Assembly: GCA_008632985.1 (NCBI GenBank)
Contig: QPGO01000044.1
Coordinates: forward strand, 1 to 64,000
From: Psammoneis japonica
Lineage: Eukaryota
Direction: 5' to 3'
DNA: 64,000 nt
Shown: positions 49,151-61,690 of the stretch, piece by piece
How positions within the stretch are numbered: the first letter of the stretch is position 1
Layout of the letters: each line of letters starts with the position of its first letter
The notes under the pieces: model-generated
The model's input: the letters and a program-made list of their open reading frames with translations, nothing else
What the model was told of the DNA's origin: nothing
The model's database searches: none
Position numbers and translations under genes: made by a program

Positions 49151-51424
49151 CTCCCTCTCAACCGAGAGAGCTTGCCAGCCCACAAGAGCCTTTCTAGCTG
49201 CGCAGAACGCATCGGTCCGCAGTCCCTTCATGAACTGATTGGCCAGTTGCTCCAGAGTGCTGACAGGTTGGATGTTGATCTCCAATTGTTCGACTTTAGT
49301 CCTAAACCAGTGGTGTGGGATGCCGATGTGTTTGGTTCGCGGAGACAACTTGGGCATGCATGCGAACTTGAGGCACGCGGAGTTGTCTTCACACACAACG
49401 GACACAGGTGGGACATTCTGCTCAACAGGCGAGTCATTGGTGCCTTGGTTTGCGAGCTCAAAAGCCTTGGAGTGAGTCGTGATGGGGTTTTTGTGGTCAG
49501 ACTTTCCGAACACGTGGTGGTTGAGCTCCTTGAGAACTTCACGAATGGGGATGAGATCGTGCATGGCTTGAGAAAGTGTGGCACATTCCACTTCCACAGT
49601 GGACAATGCTGCAAGAGTCTGTGGCTTGAACACCCAGATGAGTGGGCAGCCAGCACAGTGGACAAGGTGTCCAGTCCTGGACTTGACAGAAACTGGGTCT
49701 TGACCATCTTCTACACCAAACAACCCCGTGAAGTCAGAATCAACGCAACAATCAACTCGATGATCTTGCGCAGGCTTGAGAATGAGACCTTCAGCAGCAG
49801 TGGCTTTGAGGTGTCGGAGCATCCGCTTTGCTGCAGCAGGGTGGGACACTCGGGGTGCAAATGAAAATCGAGCTGCTTGATGTGCAGCATGCGCAATGTC
49901 TGGCCGGCTGTTTGCTGCCAAGTGCATCAACATTCCAACAACTGAGCGATGATCGCAGGGTTCATCAAAAGGCAGGCCATCCATGTTGGCACCAACAGGC
50001 ACAGGCAGAGCTGGAGTGGATGCTCCATTGCAATCCTGCATCTGTGTGGCACGCAGGACCTTGTCAATTAGACCGGGTTGAGTGAGCAGAAATCGACCCT
50101 CAGAGAGCTTTTCGATCTTGATGCCGAGAAAGTTGCCGACTTCTCCTTCGTCTCTGAGTTCAAATGCATGTCGATGCTCGTCATTGGAGACTCCCAACTT
50201 GCAAATTTCTTCTTCTAAAGCTTCAGCTGAAGCTCCAGCAAATGCTGTGTCGTCAACGTGCACCACACACATCACACCCTCTTTGAAATACGAACAGGGG
50301 TCTGTGGCTGAAGGCACCCATCCGCACTTGATCAAACCAGCTTGTAACTTCTCGCAGAAGCCCTTGGGAGACTGTTTTAGGCCATGCAGTCCTTTCAAAA
50401 GTTTGAGGACCACATTGAGTCCTGACCTTGGCACAAAACCCTTCGACGGTGTTGCACAAACTTCCTCGGCGATGTCAGCTTGGCAGAAGGCTGTGGTGCA
50501 GTCCACCTGACGTGCAGTCCATCCTTCCTTCAATGCCGCAGCAAGCATGAGTCGGATGCTTGACCATTGCACGACCGGCGCACAGGTTTCAAAGTGATCC
50601 ACTCCTTCTTTCTGCAAATCACTGCGGACGCAGCATCAGGCCTTACACTTCAGAGGGGTTCCATCTGGGAGTCTCTTGAGCTCAAGTGCCCATGCACCTG
50701 GAAGCACATTCACACGCAGCTGACACTCGACTGCTTTCCAGGCTTGACGATGTGTGAGTGTGTTGACCTCAATTTTCATTGCCTCAATCCATTCATCAGT
50801 GTCCGGACCTTTCAGAGCATTGTGCAACGAGGGCACATCAGGGTCCTTGGTCTTCTTGCTGGGCTGCGCAGGCTCGTGGATCATCGATGTTGATGGCGCC
50901 ACTGTCCAAATCCGTCTCAAGAGTCTCCAGGTGCACCAGCTGAGCCTCGTGTCCAATCGGCATTGGCATTTCCTTGACGGAACTGAAGCAGACTTCGTCT
51001 GTGAACTTGGCAGAGTTGAGCTGTCCTTTGGTCGACCTTGAAGACCGTTGCAGCCCTGACACTCCCTCTGGATTCGTCACAGGAGGTGTCTTGACTGGGG
51101 GAGGAGCTGTTGGTTCCGTCGGCGCTTTGGGTGGCGGAAGTTCGTTGCTGTCTTGAGGTTCAGGTGGCTGAATTGGCACAGATTCCACAGAGTCTGCAGG
51201 AGTTTGAGTTGCAGGTGGGACTGGTGACGTTGGCTGTTGAGTGGCAGGCATGACTCGATTGGAAATGTTGTCACAAGCCTCTTTGCGTTGACGCTCTGGA
51301 GGGGTGAGCCACTCATTGTGCAGGTGGACCGTCTGATCCTTCTCCAGAGGGATGCATGTCAATTGGTTGAGACACAAGTGCTCCCAGTGATCAGGTGGAT
51401 CCGTCTCCCTCTTGATTGATGGTG

Positions 51425-51972
51425 CGATCCTTCCGAGATCAACAAGCTTCTGCAATGACTTCCAAGTTCAATGGTCGACTTGAGATTTTGGACGGTCCCA
51501 TCAACAAGCTTGACAAGGACCACTTCGTCAAGACCATCAGAGATCCAGTTGAAGCCCACGGCCAGCAGATGTTTTGCCATGTCAGGGACAGCGACAAAAA
51601 GGTTCAACATGTCTTTGATCATCTGCACGAGTTCACTGCGACCGATCTCGTGAACGAGTGCAAAACAGGAACGCAGCCACCAATGACACCAGGTGCGACG
51701 AGATTGAGCTCGATGATGTCGGGCTCTCTCAGCTCCTCGTTCACTTGAGAATCTCCAATGCCTTTTGCGAGAAAATCGAGACCAAGTTCAACCATCTCAA
51801 GGACCACCAAGACTGCCCTGGATCTGTTCCGTTCATGATGGCTCTCGACACTTGCAACACCAGCGCTCCAATGGACATTGAGACGGCTAAGAAGCAGCTA
51901 GAAGACCTCAGTTTGGCCAACCATCCTGGCGAGGATTGCACGGACTTTGCTGCCAAAGCTCTTCGCATTGTG
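51425..51972 (+). repeat. Inverted copy of the element's own gag segment (55631-56179) inserted in pol
   Basis: Colinear with the reverse complement of 55631-56179. The insertion 51425-52156 is flanked by duplicated tctccctcttgat(tgat)ggtg. Confidence 0.92.
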
Positions 51973-54900
51973 TGAGCCCACTCAGAGCAGAAATCAGCGT
52001 GGACAAAACCAGTGGTGCCGCAGGAGCTGGTGCCGCTGTCGCGGTTTCCTCCCACTTGACACCAAAGCACACTTTCTGCTGTGCAAACTCTGTTTTTCTA
52101 CTCGTCATGCATGTGCGTAGAACTTGACGCTCATTCACATGGCTTCATTCCTCAACTCTCCCTCTTGATGGTGACACGGCAGTGAAGAGATGGTCAAAGA
52201 CCACATGACACTGAGGAGCGACGCTTCCATTTTGAAGATTGAGGACCAAAGGAACCTCAACCAAAGGAACCTCACTGGAATGGATGGCACTGAGTCCCAC
52301 GAACAAAGCGTGACAAGTGCGTGGTTCCCAACGTGGGAGTTTCTTTCCGGAGGCGAGTTTCGGATCAAGGACGTACGCTGGACATCCCCATGTGTGAATG
52401 TCTTGCAACCGATGTTGAGGCACTGTTGAACCAGCGAAAATGTCCGCTGGGCAATGTCCCTTGGAATTTGGGGTGACATTGTAGATGTGCGTGGCACAAG
52501 AAACAGCCATGGGCCACAGGGAGCTGTCAATCCCTCCCTTCCAGTGGATGGATGCATGAAGCAACATTGCTCTCGCCATGTTGGAGATGCTTTGGATGCC
52601 CCGCTCTGCAACGCCATTCTGATGATGAGCATTGGTTCCACAAAAACGGAGACGTTGTTCATGTTCTCGTGTGTGTTGCACAAAAGCGTTGGCCTTGAAG
52701 GGGCCACTGTTGGCAAGAAATTCTTGGACGATTGCACTGTGGTCCAAAGCATGTTTCTCACATGCTTGCTTCGCTTGCATCGTCTTGACAGCGGAGAAAC
52801 CCAGTTGATGCTAGACCTGGATGCATCCAGAAGCATGGTCGACAAAGATGCAACCGCCCTTGAATTGCTTGGATGTGGCTTTCCCACATGAGTCAAAGGT
52901 TCGGCCTGAAAGGCGCGACTCAAAATGATCAATGCTGACAGCCTGACCCGGTCGAAGATGGTCAGCGCAAAGGGCCCCATTGCGTTCAGGGACTGTTGAC
53001 TTGTGGGTAGATTCAAGAGAGCGTCTTTGACCTTTGGCATGCTCGCACACCTCGCATCTTGGGTGGTCACACTTCGCTGTGGACTTGAAACGGTTTGACA
53101 GGAACGGAGCTGCGCGGAGAAGTGCTTGGACTTGACCAAAGTTTAAATGACCAAAACGGGTGTGCATTTCGAGAAGAAGCTTTTGGCCTGCCGTGAGATT
53201 CTGGTTCTCCTTGTTGAGGATTTGTGGATTCACTTGGGGAGCTTCAGATGCACCCTTGGTCATTGACGCAACAGGCAAGTGGCTGGATTGGTGACATGGC
53301 ATGACCAACTTGCCCATCCCATCAACATGTAAACGGAAAGTGCTTTCATCACCCTCATGCTTCCCACATGCACCTTTCTCTTCGTCAAAGAGGCATTGAG
53401 GCGATGGCAGGCATTGACGGGCTCCAGGGATGCAATGTGCCATGGTGTTCAGCTGGATGGCAGCACCACTTGGCATTGTGAACACCCACGCAACCGGACC
53501 GGTCCCCTGGATGGTGAGACTGTTGGCAATCCCATTGATCTGCAAGGGTTTCTTGGGAACAGTCATGGGTCCTGTGAAATCATCTTTGTCGGAGGCACCA
53601 GCATCCATGACGACCGTGAGGGCCTCATTGGACAGACCGATGAGTGCCTGCAGATCGGATGCAAGAAGGTTGGCTTGAGATTGTCTGGTGAGCAGTTGGA
53701 TGGTGGAGGTGTTGTAGACAACTGGTCTAACACGTGCTTCTTCCAGCAGTTCCACAGGATCTTGAACATGGGCAGTGTCCACGACGTGATTGGGCAGACA
53801 GAGCTCATCGAACTGGAAGAAATCAGGGCTGAAATCCTCAAGAGCGTCAAAGAAGTGCTTCTGGTCGTCGAGAGGTTCCAATTCCTCACAGGTGTCAAAG
53901 AAGGCTGATTCGTCTGTCATGTCAGACCGTTCAGCTACTTCTGGGGTCTCCCAGCAGGCCTTGAGACGAGTGCTCAGTGCGTGTGACGGATGGCGTGCAA
54001 CAAACTCGGTGAGCACTTGCGTGCCCTTGATCCTGTGACATTCGAACAGTGACCCCGCATCCAACACTATCCGGTCATCTGGCTCTTCCACAATGTGGTA
54101 GACTTGAGAGCTGGCGGTCGAAAAACGGCTTGGCACGTTCAAGAATGGATGCTCGGGCTGTTGACCGGCGTAAACTGTGGACCACACCACAACTGCAACG
54201 GATGGGACCATCCAGGAGGCTGGAAACCCGTGCAAGGTTGGGAGTTTGCGCTGGCGGCATAGAGCTCGAGGGATGCTTGGGATCGGAGCAAAGCAAAGAT
54301 GCAACGCCGTTTCCCAAAACATGGTGGCGAGCCAGAACATGAAGAGCTTGACTCGTCCCAAAAACGATCGACGCGAAGTGGGTTCCTCTTCGACGTCCTC
54401 ATGACAATCATCCGCATCCAGGGTCTCTGGATCGTAGAAATCGAAGCCACGATGTGTAACACACGGAGGTGAGTCGTCGCAAGCGTCTTCAAAGTGCACT
54501 TCGTGTTCAAGAATGAGATCTGACTTGGTGTCATCTGACAGCATGTCCGTCAAATTTGCGGGAGCGTCAAAGAACTCATCTGGATGCTTGACAGAGTGCA
54601 GCTTCGAGGCCGGAAACAACTCAACAGCTGGTGGTTCGTTCTCAAATGCAGATGAAGCGTTGGAGCATTCGCAGAAGTCATCGGCGTCTTCGGGAGTGAC
54701 GGTCTCAACCACGATGGGAGACACAACTGGATCCATGACTGAGGTGAGTGCAGGTGGGCTTGTTTCGTTGCAGAGCACCTCAGTGCTAATGACTGCATCG
54801 CTCTCCCTCTCGGCCGAAGAAGCCGGAGTGACAACAATTGCCACAGTGTCGGCAACGGCGTCCGTAGCCGCGCACCACATTCCCGTGAAAACCAACTCGT

Positions 54901-56575
54901 TCGGATCGGACTCGTCTCCCTCTGGTTCCTTGGCAGTCTGAGCTGGCGGACCCATGGGCATGCCACTATCTGGATCAGCTACAGAAGACAAATTTCCCAC
55001 TGGGGTTTCCTTGGGAGCATGCTTGAAGTCGTCCTTGTGTTCCGCGGTAGAGTGACGTTGGCAGACTCCAGGTTTGTCGGCACCCTTCACCGTGCATGTG
55101 GCACACCACTTCCATTCCTTGCCATTCTTATCCTTCTTCGTTTCTCCGTCAAATTTAGTGCACCAGGCAGCGATGGGTTTCCGCTTCTTCTTGGAAGGGT
55201 CATCTGCAGGCGGTGGATTCGTAGGAGGATCGTCGCGCGGTGGTGTGGCGTTGCACTTCGGGCATGTCTTCTTGGTGCACCCCTCGAGACCGCACCCAAA
55301 ACAATGCTTCATCTTCCCAGGGTTGTCCGCAGTCGAAAGGTTGCTCTCGGGTAGCTCAGCAACCAATGCAGGCCACTCCCCGTCCTTCACGAGCTCGTTG
55401 TGTTGCTCTTGAATCCACGCAATGATGCCGACTGGTCCGAGCGTGTTGCAATCGCTGTCTGACTTGATGTCGGCAGGATTCTTGAGGCGGCACTTGTGTT
55501 CCATAGCTTTAACGTCGTCAAGCTTGTTGTGGACTCTCTGATTGAAGCATTCAGAGGACGTTTTGGAAATCTTGTGAAGTGGCTTGGAGCTTGTGTTCAC
55601 CGGAAGCGCGCAGTCGGTCTGCATGATCTTCACAATGCAAAGAGCTTCGGTGGCAAAGTCTGTGCAATCCTCGCCGGGATGATTGGTCAAACTGAGGTCT
55701 TCTGGCTGCTTCTTGGCCGTCTCAACATCCGTTAGAGTGCTGGCATTGCAAGTGTCGAGAGCCATCATGAATGGAACTGATCCAGGGCAGTCTTGGCAGT
55801 CCTTGAGATGGTTGAACTTGGTCTCGATTTTCTGCGAAAGGCATTGGAGATTCTCGAGTGAATGAGGAGCTGAGAGAGCCCGACATCATCGAGCTCGATC
55901 TCGTCACACCTGGTGTCGTCGGTGGCTGCGTTCCTGGTTTTGCACTCGTTCACGAGATCGGTCACAGTGAACTCGTGTAGATGATCGAAGACATGTTGAA
56001 CCTTTTTGTCGCTGTTCTTGACATGGCAAAACATCTGCTGGGCCGTGGACTTCAACTGGATCTCGAACAGTCTTGACGAAGTGGTCCTTGTCAAGCTCGT
56101 TGATGGGACCGTCCGAAATCTCAAGTCAACCGTTGAACTTGGAAGTCATTGCAGAAGCTTGTTGATCTCGGAGGGATCGTTCTATCGAGTCAAGAGCCTT
56201 GGGATGATGGCGCTGAGAGGCGAGTCGGCAGGTTCTGTCGTTGGTTTGGTCGCACATGTCGTCGAGTTGGGAACCACCAATGTAGACCCCGTGGGTTTGG
56301 TGAATTCCACCACGTGACGGCTTGGTTGGAGGCGGAGGAACGCTCGCAGCGGTGTCAGCGGCCACAGCAGCGGCAAACGCCTTCGCCAGGACGTCCGAAT
56401 TGATGGCAGTCATGACAGAGAGTGCAGTGTGGGAGGTTCTTGTTGGAATGAAGACAAGAGAAGCAAGTGAGGCTCAGCCATTTCCCGGGTTTGCTTCAAA
56501 ATCAAAACCAAAAGCGTCCGTGATGATGACTCGGTCAGGAGCTCTCGTCAACGCGCAAACTTGGTCTCCACAACC

Positions 56576-56811
56576 AGTCAAGATGCAGTCCTGCAGCTGG
56601 GCAGGATGGATGAGACCTCGAGGTTGGCAGCAATGTGAGTGGCAACAGAGCAAACAGACGCTTGATTCAAAGTCGTTGTCTAAAAATTATGACGAAAGTC
56701 GTTGATTCTGTTTTGAATCAGATTGTTGTGATGAGCCAAACATTTCGAAGAAAAGAGCTGAGTCTGGGTTGCAGTCGTGAAATGCGACCAGGATGATGTT
56801 GAGTCGTGACT
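56576..56811 (-). repeat. 5' LTR of the nested Copia (236 bp)
   Basis: Direct repeat of 48914-49150. Followed on the minus strand by GGTTGTGG, a candidate mutated PBS. Confidence 0.95.
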
Positions 56812-56816
56812 CACAC

Positions 56817-59800
56817 TCAGAGGGCACCATGTCGCATCTTGGACAGTCATCTGCAGACATGTTTGGCACAATCTAGATGGCCTTGATGGGGTGCCGTGTG
56901 GAAGCTGGACAGGGACATGACAGCCGCAGTGATGTCAATGTGACCAAGTGATGCAGCCCATTGTGGGAAATCAATCAAGGACTGGAGTTGGTGGATGCCA
57001 TCAGGGCTGAGCAGCTCAGAGGTGTCGGGCTCAGGGTGGTCTCCCTTTTGCCAGCATGAGGCTTTTCCCCAAAGAGGTGTGCACAGTTGTCAACCATGTG
57101 CTCAACGCACTTGCAAGGAGCAAGGCACAGTGCGCCATTGGAGTCATGGGAGAAGTTGCAACCAAGGTGAAACTCCAATGATCCAGCACCCTTGAGCTTG
57201 AACTTGCACTTCTCTGTGAGAGTGTCTGCAAAAGCCTGAGGATCCTTCATGGCAAAGGCTGGGTTGTCCATGCACACTGCCACACATTCACAATGACTGC
57301 CACTCTGGCACAACCAGATGTCGGGTTTGGCACAGGCACGGGAAGAAATCTTCAGCACAAAAGCATTCATGCCACCTGAGGCTGGAGCTGCAGAGACCAT
57401 GTGGAGCCTTGTGAATGACAATGATGTGTCCTTCCAATTGGCTGAATTTGGGGCCTGCCACAATGTGCAGTTTCTCCTTGGTTGTGGCTTTGAGATGGGC
57501 ATTGCTGATGTTGGTCACCCAAGTCTCCAGGTCATTTTGAGTTGGGCCCAGGAAGATCATCAGTCGGAGGCCACAGAGGGACACTGCTCCAGAGTGGACA
57601 CTGTTGACAGGCACATCTGTGAGGTGTCCATCAGCAACAAGAGTTGTGCTTTCTGCCTGCCATCATGTTTGACTCCACAGACAAGATGCGCCCCAATCTT
57701 CTTGTGTCCTGCTGGGGCACTGGAGTCCTTGCAGTGTCCGCAATTGTGAAAGACCTCACACTCACCAAGCTGATTCATCTCAAGGTTCGTTGCGCCTCCC
57801 CATTTGTGGTTGCCGTTGCACTTGTCAAGGGCCAAGGCATGCTTGCAGTCCCGGGCACTTCACACCTGCACTTGCATCATGGCACAGTGCAAAAGGAGTG
57901 CAGCTTGGCTTGATTGGCCGTGCGGAACAGCTTCTTCTGGCACAGGGCTGCAGTTCAGAAGTGTTTCCAACCTTTGGTTTCAAGCAAACCATGTTCACGT
58001 GTGCAGATGGCACAGGTGATGGGAATGTCCTTGGCAATGATGGCAAGAGGTTTGGACGTGATCTCCCCATTCTCCCATTCAAGCATGACTTTGCAGCTTG
58101 AGCCTTTCCAAGAGGGGTCATGAGGTCTCAATGGTCCTTCATGTGAAACAATGTGCCGGAACTTCGAGAGAGTGGAGTCCTCATCTTCTTGCTCAATGTG
58201 GTGCATGATGTTGTTGCAGGCAAGGATTTCCTTGCGCTCATTGTTGTTGATGGAGCAGATGAATTTGACCAGTTCCAGGTTGTTGCCAATTTCCCAGTCA
58301 TGGTCTTCAACGGCCTTGATGATGTGGGCTCTACTGTGTTGTCTGTCCTCTTGTAGCTTCATGAGGAAGGTGCGACCAGTGATGTCCTCGGGGTCAAAAA
58401 CCGGCATGTTGGGCATCCTGATTGCCTCCCCATCTAGTGAATCCTTGGAATCGTGTCAGGATTTGATGATGGGTTCAGCAGATTTTCCATCAGGAGGGTC
58501 AAGACACAAGTTGGAAGTGGATGGGTCTTTGGCAGAATGCACGTTTTAGTGGCAAAGAATCTTCTGAGTGTCAGCAGAAAGAATTTTGAATGTCATTTCA
58601 TGACCCACGTGTTTGGCAATGCCGACAAAGCGATCGCATGACTCGCGGGATTCAGACAGCCAGTCAGAATCATCCAGGTGGTGGCACATGGGTTCCCACC
58701 ATTGAAAGCAGAGAAGGGGGCTGATGTCGGGGGTGGAGCCAGACAGCACTTCAGTGGGAGTGTGCCAGTGAAGCTTGGCAGATGTGTGGTTGAGCACAAA
58801 GCAGATGCACATGATGGTGAGGAGCCAGGTGCAGGCCGGGGATCCAAAGCAATCCATGATGGTGTTGGCCATGTTTTTCACAGTTTGGCAGTGACATTCA
58901 GCAAAATTCTGGTGCTGTTGATTGGGCTTGCTTTGCCAGCTAGAGATGAAGAGGGCATGGAAGATGCAGAGAACCTTGTTGCTGATCTCAACCTGAGCAT
59001 GATCACTGATGAGTTTGGACGGAGCACCATGGTTGCAAATGTTGTCTTCAAGAATGTCAATGAATTCCTTGCCAGTCTTGGTGCCAAACATGTCCATGAC
59101 AAGGGATCACGCACCAATGAAAAGCTGTGCACTGACACATCCAGAGTCAATGGCAGGGGTGTCAGAGTGCACTGTGTCAGCGGCAATGAGTTCATCATGT
59201 CGGTGGACATTGAGAGCCGGGTTGGGTGACTTGTGCACCTTTTTCAGGTGCATGATGGCGGGCATGCTGTGTCATGCAATCAAAAGCACGGCAAACAGTG
59301 TCTTTCAGGAGGAAGCCAAAATGAGGGCAGAGGGGCTCACAGTCAGGGTCCTTGGGGTTGATCTTGCGCTCATGGCATTTGCAGAAGAAATCAACATCAA
59401 GAGAATGTGTGATCATCAAGGATGGAGTCTGCAAACATGGCATTGTTGATGACATGTTGGTGATGACAGTTGCCGAACTCATCAAAGAGGTTGGAAGTCG
59501 GGTTGTCTTGGAGGTTGGACATGGCATCGCACCACGTCTCATCATCTGTGAACCGGTGGTCGAGGGCAGATGGGTCCCAGGTGTCATCACCAGTGAGGAT
59601 GACACATGGGGCAGAGTGTCCCACTCGGCATTGGTGTGCAGGTGCATGGCGATGTGTGGCAGGCTGCCTTTGATGTTGACAGGAGTGATGCACCCATCAA
59701 CGGTGGTGATGCGCTGCAGGCCATTGGCAACCTTGATCGACCGATCATTGATGCTGTGCTTGTGCCACTCAAGTTGGCTGCAAGAGCGCATGGTCTTGCC

Positions 59801-61690
59801 CTTTCCAGTGCAGGCAAGCTGGTGAAGGATGGCAATGATGGGTCCACGTTGTGTGTAGATCACACCACTGGCAGTGACAATGGGAGTGTCAACAAGCTGA
59901 CAGTTGTCGACACCTTGCACATCAACTTGGCAATCAGTGTGGGCAATGACACAAGCATCATCACCAGCGATGCCGCCGTTCACACCACGATCCATGAGAG
60001 CACCCTTGCGAGTCAAGTTGTGGGTCGAGGTGGAGCAGACAACATTGTGGTTGTTGACGCGATGGCAAGTGTGACCACTGTTGTCAGTGTCGGCAGCAGC
60101 ATCACGTGAGGATGTTGATCCAGGGGGCTTCTTGCCAGAGTGGGCCGAGGGTGGCCGGTTGGGTGCAAGAAGACATTGCAAGTCACCAGGTGGCAGAGGC
60201 TTGCACCTGGTGAGATGCACCAGGATGGGGTCAGCATCAGTTTCATTGGCTGCAGCATCGGGTGGTTCAGGGGCCAACGCAAGATTGCAAGCATTGGCAG
60301 GCAAGTTGACATCGCCATCGCTGCCCAGACAGAGGTCATGCAGGTTGACAGCCATCAAGTCATGGCAGTTGCTGGTGTGGGCAGTGCACGAGCCAAGGAT
60401 GATGGCCTTGGTGGACTGGGGCAAGGTGTCCCAGATGTGCTGGTGATCTGGTGGAATGTGACACCACTGTTCCCTGGTGAGGGAGTTGCCGTGAGTCTGT
60501 GCCGCATGAGCTTGAATGATGTCAATGTCGCTGTTGATGTTGAATGACACATCATCATCAGGGTCACAGGGAGCCAGGTCATGGGCACAGATGGCACAGT
60601 GCAGGGCACGGGAGGCTGTCTTGGGTGTGAATGTGCTGTTGCACTGTGCCGCCACAGAAAGCAGGAGCCCACAACGTTGCTTGTGTGAAAGGCTCATGCC
60701 ATTCTGTGTGCGACATTGGTCAGCTTGGTTCTTTGCCGAACAGAGTTCTTTGACAGGATGAACGGCATTCTCTGGCATGATGCATTTCCGGCCAGCAGAG
60801 AAGCAGTCTGCAGTTGGGATCAGAGCTTCACACTTGCGGAGTTGGTCCTGCCAGTGAAGTGTGAAGGCATGGGTGGAGCCTTTCCAGGTGCCATCACCAA
60901 GGCGAGCGGTGGCAAGGAGGTGCATGAGAAGGGTCGATGACTCCAGGGATGCACAAGCAGATGCAAGGGCATGCTTGGATGGTTCGCGGTGCACTGCTTG
61001 GGCATCAGAGGAGCCAACATGTTCATGAACTAGTGCCTTGCCTTTGTCATTTTGCATGATGCATTCAAACATGGCAAACATGTGCTTCTGTTGTTTGGCG
61101 AATGGGGCCTTTTCCTCAGCTGCAGAGAGCTTGTGTGTCAGATCAAGGATGTGGTCGACGTCCTGAGAGCGGGCCTGTGCAACAACAGAGGTGTGCCATG
61201 TGTGCCACTGTTTGACAGACTTGAGAGTCGCGAAGGCAAGTGGGTCACATCTGATGCCTTGTTCAAAGTCACACACAGGGTCACGTGGTTTTGGGGGCAA
61301 TGAGCCAGGTGTGGGAGCAGATGGCACCGCACCCACGGAGAGGGATGCTGCACACTCAGGACCAAGATGATGGTTGGCAAACTCTTCATGTGTGAACAAG
61401 GTGGGGTTTTTGCTGACATCGGCACCTCCACACATTTTTGCCGTGTGCAGACCAATCAATGCAGCCATCTGTGCCTTGCAACCGCATGGCAAGGGCGTTT
61501 GATTGGCGCCGTCATTGCAATGAGCTGGGGCACTGAGTTGCGTCAGGGCAAAAGTCAAGAGATCCTGGTGTGAGTTGGTGCCATCAATGCTGAGTGCAGA
61601 GCACAATGGACTGTCTGCGGCTTGATTCAGAACAGTGCCTGCATTGTGCTTGAAACCATTGGTTTGTTGCTGCCTGGTGAGGACCATGGT
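56817..61690 (-). mobile_element. Outer, older Ty1/Copia element (gag-PR-INT-RT), strongly decayed
   Basis: gag from ~61687 (MVLTRQQ); protease LMDRGVNGG; integrase SDHAQVE and HQNFAEC; RT HLVCGVKHDGRQKA, ISNAHLKA, KAPHGLCSS, CVAVCMDN, FHLGC. No LTR identified. Confidence 0.9.

Larger units (their letters stand above)
48914..56811 (-). mobile_element. Nested full-length Ty1/Copia retrotransposon (about 7.9 kb) with both LTRs and a 5-bp TSD
   Basis: gag from 56413; protease VMDAGAS; HTRFGH..CEVC; integrase QNGVAERGI; RT LHGLKQSP and VHVDD; RNase H CVDSDF, CEDN, RTKHI. TSD CACAC at 48909-48913 and 56812-56816. Purine tract next to the 3' LTR. Confidence 0.96.
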
